From Nitrosopumilus sp. (GTDB taxonomy: Archaea; Thermoproteota; Nitrososphaeria; Nitrososphaerales; Nitrosopumilaceae): a stretch of 64,000 nucleotides of DNA. The translations under genes and the position numbers were made by a program. The DNA is taken from the NCBI GenBank assembly GCA_965206745.1, contig OZ242220.1:1568001-1632000 (forward strand), in the 5' to 3' direction. Below are positions 56,833 through 64,000 of this stretch, piece by piece (the stretch's first letter is position 1; every line of letters starts with the position of its first letter). The notes under the pieces are model-generated. The model saw only the letters and a list, made by a program, of their open reading frames with translations. It did not search any database and was not told the DNA's origin.

Positions 56833-58641
56833 TTATCTTAACCACCAAAACCAATCAAATTTAGATAATGCAGGTGTGGAATCAGATTTGGAATGAGTAT
56901 TTTGTTTTTGAAATTTTGTATTTTGAATCTTCTTGAGAATATCATCTAAATGTGTTTTTTCAGAAATAATTTTCTTGGTTAATTTAGAATTTACATCATC
57001 TGCTCTAAAGTCAGATAGATGATTAAGGCAAATAGTTAGTTCGTCTAATATATCAAAAGATATGTTTTGGAATTGATAAAAATCTAAATCAGAATTCCAT
57101 AAAAGTTTCAATTTGTCATTTTTGACTATATTTTCTTCAAGAAAATTGTCTATGGGTGTTGAAAATGTCTTAGTTAATGCAAGGATTAGTTCTGGTGGGG
57201 CATCATTACAAAATACAGGATTTGGATAAATTTCATGGACAAGTTTTTTAATATGTTTTAAATTATCTAAAGAAGATATTGTCAAGTTAATTCTAGTGAG
57301 AATATTTTCTAATAATTCAAAATTATTGTTAATACATAATTTTATCACCATTTGGATCTTTTTTTCATAATTAATGTTTGGAAAATCCTCTAGTTTCAAA
57401 AATTTTATAATTTGAGGATTTAACCTCTTTGTAGTTATAAAAATTTTAAAAATATTTTCTTGATATTTAGAACGTGAACCGGCAACTTCATCCAGAAATT
57501 TGACTCCTTTTTCTTTAACCTCGTTCTTTCTTTTATTGAGAATATTCTTCAATACCTTATTTATTAAATAAGGATCTTGTTTTTCTACCTGCTTTAAAAT
57601 ATTTTCAATTGGATACAAGCCCAAATGGTAATCTTCTGTACTTTGAAGCAGTTGCTCAGTATTAATTTTTGCAAGTAATTTGGGATTTCTTGGATCTCCC
57701 GCATATTTTTTTGCGTTATTGAGATACACGGATGCTGATTTCAAATGCAGTTTACTTGCAGCTTTTGCACATTCCAAGTAATATCTTGCTTTTTTTGTCG
57801 ATTCAGTTGTTTGTTTTGAAAGATTTTCATAATTTAATAATTTAAATTTGTCAAATTTAGATTCTCCTTCAATTTTATTAAATTCTGTATTGAATTCATG
57901 AATTTTGGATTTATTTTTTGTATAAATAATATGTGAAAAGTATGTTACATCTTTGAATCTAATATATGAGTCATCTTTGTTTGAAAATCCAACCACGGTC
58001 CATCGTTTATCTGTAAGATCAATTTTATCATAAGGAATTTGAATAAAATCATATGTAGTTTGTCTTTTTGTATCTGTAACCAGTGTTGAAAATGAAAGTA
58101 ATCTCATAGGCATAGGCAATGCAACTAAAAGATTTTGAATGGCAGATATTGACTCAATATTAGCATAAGCAATTTTTTTCTTTGAAATTATCCCATGAAA
58201 AATTTTATTCAAAATCCCTTCTGAAATTCCAGAAAAAGCACTAAAATCAATTGGGACAGGTGAAGACTTGATTTGTATGGGTTCTAATTTTCCAGATAAA
58301 TTAGAATCTTCTATAAAATAATTATCAAATATTCTTGAATCATTTTCAATTTTTTCAAAATCTTCTTTATCAAAAATAAACGTGTGATTGTACAACGTTC
58401 CACGTCTAGCATCATAACCGACGCCGATATTTTTAATGATGCTATAAGCAATTTTATTCTTGAAAATTAATTGAGAACGTGATTCTTGAAATTTTTCTAA
58501 ATTTGTTCCAATTGGATAATAATATCCTGATAGTTCAGAAAGTATCTCATTTGAAATGCCGTTGCTTTTTGCTATAATTTGATAACCTTCTTTTTCATCA
58601 GTCTTTGCCGACGTATAAATAAAATGATCACATGAAAACAA
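56833..58641 (-). CDS. GAP1-N2-like domain protein (GTPase-associated protein 1) with helical C-terminus
   Basis: HFIYTSA....GYQIIAKS.GI...IGVGYDARRGTLYNHTFI resembles the GAP1-N2 pattern; 2-bp gap after the GTPase gene. Confidence 0.7.
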   Translation of the reverse strand: MFSCDHFIYTSAKTDEKEGYQIIAKSNGISNEILSELSGYYYPIGTNLEKFQESRSQLIFKNKIAYSIIKNIGVGYDARRGTLYNHTFIFDKEDFEKIENDSRIFDNYFIEDSNLSGKLEPIQIKSSPVPIDFSAFSGISEGILNKIFHGIISKKKIAYANIESISAIQNLLVALPMPMRLLSFSTLVTDTKRQTTYDFIQIPYDKIDLTDKRWTVVGFSNKDDSYIRFKDVTYFSHIIYTKNKSKIHEFNTEFNKIEGESKFDKFKLLNYENLSKQTTESTKKARYYLECAKAASKLHLKSASVYLNNAKKYAGDPRNPKLLAKINTEQLLQSTEDYHLGLYPIENILKQVEKQDPYLINKVLKNILNKRKNEVKEKGVKFLDEVAGSRSKYQENIFKIFITTKRLNPQIIKFLKLEDFPNINYEKKIQMVIKLCINNNFELLENILTRINLTISSLDNLKHIKKLVHEIYPNPVFCNDAPPELILALTKTFSTPIDNFLEENIVKNDKLKLLWNSDLDFYQFQNISFDILDELTICLNHLSDFRADDVNSKLTKKIISEKTHLDDILKKIQNTKFQKQNTHSKSDSTPALSKFDWFWWLR

Positions 58642-58643
58642 GA

Positions 58644-59636
58644 TTAGTCATTTAGGTTTTCATCTAACCATGAAATAAATTTAACATATTCATCTTCGCT
58701 GTAGGACAACGGTATTTTGACTTTATACGTAAATTCTTGTTTTTTTACTTCTGAAGTGCCAGCTGGTGGAGTAATTAAAGTAGGCTTTCCAGAACGTGTA
58801 GAAGCCTTTGCATTGTATAGAGAAGGATATGGAGTGCCTGATTCTATCTTAATTTTAATTGGTTTATTATCTGAACCACGTTCCACATCCAGATATACCT
58901 TAAAAAATCCAACATCTTTTGTAACCATTCCTTTCATGTGACGATAAAATTCTGGCATGTGTTTTTTTAGTAAATCTTCTGCAGTCAGTATTCTATTTTT
59001 TTCATCAAGAAGATCAGTTTTTGTGAACATGATTGCAATTGGATTGTTAATTTTACCATCCTTTGATTCATTGATTGATTGTTTTAATGCAAGAATTTTA
59101 TTAAGTAAAATCATATTATCAAAAGATTGGTCTTTCCACAATTCGATCTTTTGACAATCAATTAAGAGGACATATACTTTCGAAAAAATCAGAAATGAGT
59201 AAGGGCTAAATTTAGTACCTTTCTGTTTTTCATAATTGATAATTCTAGTAGCTAATGAGGAGGCATCCATCTCATTAGTAAAAAAATAATCATTTAATTC
59301 TCCTGCAAAATCATTTAATCTAAGTTCAATTTCACCACCACTTGCTTTCTTTTGTTTAAGAATCATTTGAACTTGTTTGATTTCGGATTCTGCAGTCTTT
59401 TCTGGAAATTTCCCTCCTTTTAATGACATACTGTTTGCTTTCATATGTTCAATTCCATTTTTTATTCTAAAATCATATTCTGGATGATCTTCAAGAAATT
59501 TGTTAATTATTGTATCAAGTAATAAAGCTCCAACGATTGTTTTGCCAGTTTTTAGAGAACCAAGAATTGAAATAATTTTTTGGTTTTCAAATGATTTTTT
59601 AGCAATATCCAAAGAAGATATATTTTCTTTACTCAA
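58644..59636 (-). CDS. TRAFAC-class P-loop GTPase of the GTPase/GAP1 conflict-system type
   Basis: IISILGSLKTGKT (G1), FPEKT (G2), LNDFAGE (G3), LLID, IMFTKTDLL (G4). Confidence 0.85.
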   Translation of the reverse strand: MSKENISSLDIAKKSFENQKIISILGSLKTGKTIVGALLLDTIINKFLEDHPEYDFRIKNGIEHMKANSMSLKGGKFPEKTAESEIKQVQMILKQKKASGGEIELRLNDFAGELNDYFFTNEMDASSLATRIINYEKQKGTKFSPYSFLIFSKVYVLLIDCQKIELWKDQSFDNMILLNKILALKQSINESKDGKINNPIAIMFTKTDLLDEKNRILTAEDLLKKHMPEFYRHMKGMVTKDVGFFKVYLDVERGSDNKPIKIKIESGTPYPSLYNAKASTRSGKPTLITPPAGTSEVKKQEFTYKVKIPLSYSEDEYVKFISWLDENLND

Positions 59637-59674
59637 ACAATATCAATTCCATTATGTGTTTAATAAGGATTAAT

Positions 59675-60664
59675 TTATTTGCTTATCATTTCTCTGTATT
59701 TTGCTATGTCTCGAACATAGAAACTTTTGCTTTTTTTATCCTGATTATCAGTAATTGCGATACTGATACGAATCACCCCTACTCCATCATATTTTTTTCC
59801 AAATCTTGAAGGTGCAGGATTCGCTTTCTCATATTCTACAAATGCATTAGTGCCTTTTATGATGGCATCATCAATTTGTTTTATCGTAGAATATCCTAAT
59901 TCTTTCAATTGCTGAGTAATTTCTAAAATTGACGATGGTATAGATTCAGGTCGACTAGTAAATTTTTGTTTGATATATTGAGTTAACGGTTCTAATTTGC
60001 AAGGTTGACCAAGAAGATCTTCACCGATATCAATTTTTAATTTTTGCTCTTGTGAATTATAATATGTGTCAAATCTTTGATCAACAAAAAAGAATAAACT
60101 ACTAATTGCATACATTTCTCTACGGAAATTTTCATTTAATTCAACTTTTTTGTATAGAGTATCATGTGAAACATTAGCCCATGCATGCATTAATTCAGTT
60201 CGTATTTGGATTTCACATTGAGTTTTCAATATATCTGGCCAAAGAAACAGATCTGATTTTGAAACAGAATTATTTGATAATTTGAGAATATAATGATCAG
60301 ATCGATAGCCGGATTCACTTACTCTTTCAGAAAAACTATGTTGTTTTTTTTGAATTACATTGAAGTTATCTTCAATTAATTTATCAATTTCTTCCAACTC
60401 TGAATAATACAAACAAATTACACGAATTCCAATAAAATCTTCCATATTGATGAAATAATTATTATTTATTTGCTTACGTATAATTTTATTATAAAATGAT
60501 TCAAAACTTTTTATTCTTTTTCGTAAATTAAAATTTTTAATATTTGTTAAACCAATTTTAGCAGTAAGAATTTCTTCAACTTTATTCATAGCTGGTTCGA
60601 ATATTTTTTTTTGTTGATTATATTCATCATTCAGAGATTGTTCATCTGGAGCACTAAAACCCAT
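59675..60664 (-). CDS. RelA/SpoT-domain nucleotidyltransferase (small alarmone synthetase-like)
   Basis: RIKSFESFYNKI...MEDFIGIRVIC...GYRSDHYI...CEIQIRTELMHAWANVSHDTLYK. Confidence 0.88.
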   Translation of the reverse strand: MGFSAPDEQSLNDEYNQQKKIFEPAMNKVEEILTAKIGLTNIKNFNLRKRIKSFESFYNKIIRKQINNNYFINMEDFIGIRVICLYYSELEEIDKLIEDNFNVIQKKQHSFSERVSESGYRSDHYILKLSNNSVSKSDLFLWPDILKTQCEIQIRTELMHAWANVSHDTLYKKVELNENFRREMYAISSLFFFVDQRFDTYYNSQEQKLKIDIGEDLLGQPCKLEPLTQYIKQKFTSRPESIPSSILEITQQLKELGYSTIKQIDDAIIKGTNAFVEYEKANPAPSRFGKKYDGVGVIRISIAITDNQDKKSKSFYVRDIAKYREMISK

Positions 60665-60714
60665 ATATTTTTCAATAGTGCCAATTTTTTAAATTTATCT
60701 TTTTTCGATATTAC

Positions 60715-60843
60715 TGTGTTTATGAGAACATGATATATGGATCTTATTTCAACTCAAAAAAACTCGCTCACCCTAGAATTTCTATCAAAAGGATTAACTT
60801 GTCGTGTGTTAAACACTAGATACAGATCCTCTTCTGATTCAAT
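60715..60843 (+). repeat. Relic of the IS6-element subterminal region (two repeats) without TIR
   Basis: Colinear with 30571-30676: atatatggatcttatttcaactcaaaaaaa...tatcaa...ttgtcgtgtgttaaacactagatacagatcctcttctgattcaat. Confidence 0.7.
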
Positions 60844-60847
60844 TACT

Positions 60848-60894
60848 GATTCTGGGAGATTTTGGTGATCTGATCATCATTTGTGACCAGAGCC
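60848..60894 (+). repeat. Palindromic ~47-bp intergenic repeat, copy E
   Basis: GATTCTGGGAGATTTTGGTGATC-T-GATCATCATTTGTGACCAGAGCC. Confidence 0.8.
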
Positions 60895-60920
60895 TAGATT
60901 TTTTTTAGCGTAATGAAAGA

Positions 60921-63900
60921 TCATCGTAACAAATCTCTATAGTCATAACTTGATCGTAATAGATGATCGATGATTTTCTTGCAAATATCTCTAACGCCAT
61001 CATGATTATCTTTCAATAATGATTCTAAGAGATTTTTAATTTCTGGTTTAGGGATGTATGCACTATTTCGTTTTTCAACAAGCAATTTTAGACATTCAGC
61101 CACAAGTATAGAATATTTGGGAATATATTTTTCCAATTTTGAGAATTTGATATAAATTAAGTTGAATTTTCCTTCATAACGCTCAAGGTAATCACGATAT
61201 AATTTTATCGTAGTTTCGTCATCTAGAGGGCTGTTTGTAAACCATTCATATAATTGAGCATGTTTTGAAAATGATTCATGATTCCAAAGTTTTTTTAATT
61301 TTTCTTTATTAAATTTCTGATCATTCTTTTTACCTTTAATTACATTAGCTATTTGGAATACACAGTGTTGAATTGGTGCCTCGTAATCATTTTCCTCATC
61401 TGTTATCTCTTTGTTCTCTACTAAAAATTGTTCAAAATATGCATCGACTTTATCAAAATCATAAAAATATGCCAAAATCATGTGATCGATTGTGGAATTA
61501 TACGCAGCGTGTGCTTTGTTATCCCTTAACAAATCAGAATTAAGCATTTTTGCATACCACGTAGGTATTTTCTTAAAAATATCAGTATACAATTTGTTAT
61601 AACGCACATAACACTCCCAAAAAGCAATCTTTAATTTTTTATCGGATTCAATTTTCTCTAATATTTGATCAAATAATTCTTTATCCAAATAATAAAAACT
61701 CGGCAAATACAAACCAAATACTGCATGACGTGAAATTGTCTGTCTGATAAATTTTTTATCAAGATAATTATCCAGAATCTGCTTTATCCTTGGCTCTATG
61801 AATTTTTTGCCATCACTATGTTTGCGGTGCCATAATAAATAATTGGCAAGTATATGAAAAGATACACCATCCATACCATTAATACAGACTGTTAAAGCAT
61901 CATCCGCAAAATTTTCTCCTAGATAATTATCACTCGATGGGTTTTTTGTCCCAATCTCTACAATGCATTCTAAGATTGACAACAATCTATCCTTATGGAT
62001 AAAATCAATGTAATCTTCTTTTAATGCAGTTTCCAGCAATTGAGAAAATTTCAATATTGGATCATATGATGTTGATCTATACTTTTCATCATCATGGTTT
62101 TTGATCAGATATTTGATTAACGATAATATCCCATCCCAATTAATTTCATTTTTATCTTTAAGGGCATTTTTTATGTTAGAAAAAAATTCATAAAGCAAAT
62201 AGGGCGCTATGTCCTTTAGCTCAATTGCTCTCTTTGAGCATTCCAAGGTATTATTTTTTACATAATCTCCAAAATTCACAGCTCGTATATCATCACGTGC
62301 ATATATTCCAGAATTTAATTTCAAAGTTTTGGCAATCTCAAACACATCATCTACTGATTTATGTCTAAAATCATCAGATGGTTTAGGTGGTTCCATAACT
62401 GAGACTCTTACAGGAGGATGTAAAGATTCAGGCGTATCAATCGATCCAAGTTCTTTTTCTAATTCATCAAATATTTGTTTGTGTTTTTTATCAAGATATT
62501 TTTTAATCGATGTTAGTTGTCTTAATTTACAGGATTTTTGTAGGTATATCTCTTCTTCAGCAAATTTGATCTTTTTTGGAATTTCTTCATCAGAATATCC
62601 ATCAATGATCATCTCAAGAATTTTCTCTCTGATACAATTAGAAACATTGCCAAACATCTTTTCAATTAGATTGTAATACTCGTGATATGCATCTATATTC
62701 TTAAAATATAGTAATAATGACAGCTCTATCTGAGGTTTAAACGCATCAGGAAATACTGAAAATATATGCAATTCAATTCTTCGGTATATCAGATATTTTT
62801 TTCCATTTAGTATACTCATACAATTTTTTAAGATGGAAATGTCTTTTTTGCCAAGTTCTACAAGGCATATCCGGAGTTTGCTGACAAAGGGGGATTTTAT
62901 ATCGGTATTCCTGTTCTGTTCGTCATCTTCAATTGCAGATCTCCAATATGTGACAGACATTTGTGCATCCATTCCAAAATGATCTATATCAAGAGCCTTT
63001 TCCAACAGATCGGAGATCAATTTAATGGTTAATTTTGGATGTTTAGAGGATATGTCAGATATTAAATCAGAAAAATACTCGTTATACCAAAATTCTGTAA
63101 ACGGATAGATTGCTTGCTTAGAATTAGGTTGTTCCCAAAGATCTGAAGACGTCTCCGATGAGATGGGATTAAAAATGAGTTCAAATATCTTTGTTGCAAG
63201 ATCTGATTCATTTTCTAAAAATAATTTCTTTACAAACTGTGAATATTTTTCAGTAAACAAATGATCTTGCGTATAGCCAGATTGGATAAAATCATACCAA
63301 TTCTCATCTAGTGATTTTTGGGCAATTTTTAATGCATGAGTAATTGGCAAAGTAATTGCACATGAAAGAAAATCTTCATAGATTCTAGGGTTACGTTTCT
63401 TTTTACTTTTAAATTTACAATCTAAAATTATCTGTGTGACTAGATCTGGATATTCTTTTACACATTTAATTAAATAAGCAGATGGGGCCCAAAAATAATA
63501 AACAAGTTTGCCATCTTCAGAAATAGATCCTGAGGGATTATCAAAAAATCCAACCTTTTTTAGAAATTCTAACCACTTTTCAGATAGTTTATCAAACATA
63601 TGAATAACTGATGCATAAGGCACAGCAAGATGTTTTAATTTCTCGGCATCTTTTATGGAAGGCGAATGCGTGATAATCTTATCAATTTCATCAAAAATAT
63701 CTGTTGGGGGTTGAACTAGTTCTGCTATAATTTTCCCAACATCGTCAAGTTTTGATATTAAATCATCTTCATCATCTATTGTACCATGATGTACAATACC
63801 ATTAAGGTAGCGATATTCATTAACTAACCTATCATAACGAGAATCATTTGAAATAGATCCCTGTCCTTTTAGATCTATAACCTGTTTGAGCAAGAATATA

Positions 63901-64000
63901 CGTTCACTATGATCTATTGGTTTTCTTCGTTCACCTGAATTCGTCATATTTTTCTTTGTCAACAAATCAATCACTTCACGCAACGAATGTGCAAAATGAA
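60921..64000 (-). CDS. Large alpha-helical defence-type protein (>1020 aa, 5' end outside window)
   Basis: Frame is open to the window edge (...HFAHSLREVIDLL); N-terminal AHSLRE...LNGIVHH; internal WRSAIEDDEQN. Confidence 0.75.
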   Translation of the reverse strand, partial: HFAHSLREVIDLLTKKNMTNSGERRKPIDHSERIFLLKQVIDLKGQGSISNDSRYDRLVNEYRYLNGIVHHGTIDDEDDLISKLDDVGKIIAELVQPPTDIFDEIDKIITHSPSIKDAEKLKHLAVPYASVIHMFDKLSEKWLEFLKKVGFFDNPSGSISEDGKLVYYFWAPSAYLIKCVKEYPDLVTQIILDCKFKSKKKRNPRIYEDFLSCAITLPITHALKIAQKSLDENWYDFIQSGYTQDHLFTEKYSQFVKKLFLENESDLATKIFELIFNPISSETSSDLWEQPNSKQAIYPFTEFWYNEYFSDLISDISSKHPKLTIKLISDLLEKALDIDHFGMDAQMSVTYWRSAIEDDEQNRNTDIKSPFVSKLRICLVELGKKDISILKNCMSILNGKKYLIYRRIELHIFSVFPDAFKPQIELSLLLYFKNIDAYHEYYNLIEKMFGNVSNCIREKILEMIIDGYSDEEIPKKIKFAEEEIYLQKSCKLRQLTSIKKYLDKKHKQIFDELEKELGSIDTPESLHPPVRVSVMEPPKPSDDFRHKSVDDVFEIAKTLKLNSGIYARDDIRAVNFGDYVKNNTLECSKRAIELKDIAPYLLYEFFSNIKNALKDKNEINWDGILSLIKYLIKNHDDEKYRSTSYDPILKFSQLLETALKEDYIDFIHKDRLLSILECIVEIGTKNPSSDNYLGENFADDALTVCINGMDGVSFHILANYLLWHRKHSDGKKFIEPRIKQILDNYLDKKFIRQTISRHAVFGLYLPSFYYLDKELFDQILEKIESDKKLKIAFWECYVRYNKLYTDIFKKIPTWYAKMLNSDLLRDNKAHAAYNSTIDHMILAYFYDFDKVDAYFEQFLVENKEITDEENDYEAPIQHCVFQIANVIKGKKNDQKFNKEKLKKLWNHESFSKHAQLYEWFTNSPLDDETTIKLYRDYLERYEGKFNLIYIKFSKLEKYIPKYSILVAECLKLLVEKRNSAYIPKPEIKNLLESLLKDNHDGVRDICKKIIDHLLRSSYDYRDLLR

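Noticed and set aside
1-64000. tRNA/rRNA genes, or an integron/tyrosine integrase explaining the cassette-like repeats
   Set aside because: None recognised in the window, so no integron call is made.

Overview
The window looks like an accessory/variable region of an archaeal genome, most likely Nitrososphaerota (Thaumarchaeota, Nitrosopumilaceae-like). This is inferred from TATA-box leaderless promoters, a SWIM-zinc-finger IS6-family transposase and HYR/Ig-repeat surface proteins. It has four parts. (1) 1-13960: a giant secreted FN3/Ig-repeat surface protein (>4650 aa, minus strand) that runs off the window and is missing from the ORF track. (2) ~14600-20300: a plasmid/ICE leading-region-like cluster (ArdC, DUF2958, small Zn-finger), then hicB and a DHFR-family gene, each bracketed by a ~47-bp palindromic repeat. 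(3) 20662-28390: two tandem paralogous HYR-repeat surface proteins. (4) 28772-64000: a dense defence island with HNH-HIT, PD-(D/E)XK nucleases, HNH, OLD, HEPNs, Schlafen/AlbA_2, a two-gene nuclease operon, and a RelA/SpoT-type nucleotidyltransferase followed by a TRAFAC GTPase and a GAP1-N2 protein. The clearest structural result is an intact 5607-bp IS6-family element (30487-36093; 26-bp perfect TIRs, 8-bp TSD) carrying a two-gene restriction-modification system. Its subterminal repeats and internal palindrome recur between cargo genes across the island, which suggests a cassette-like gene capture/shuffling system. All family assignments come from motif recognition by eye; no database search was run.
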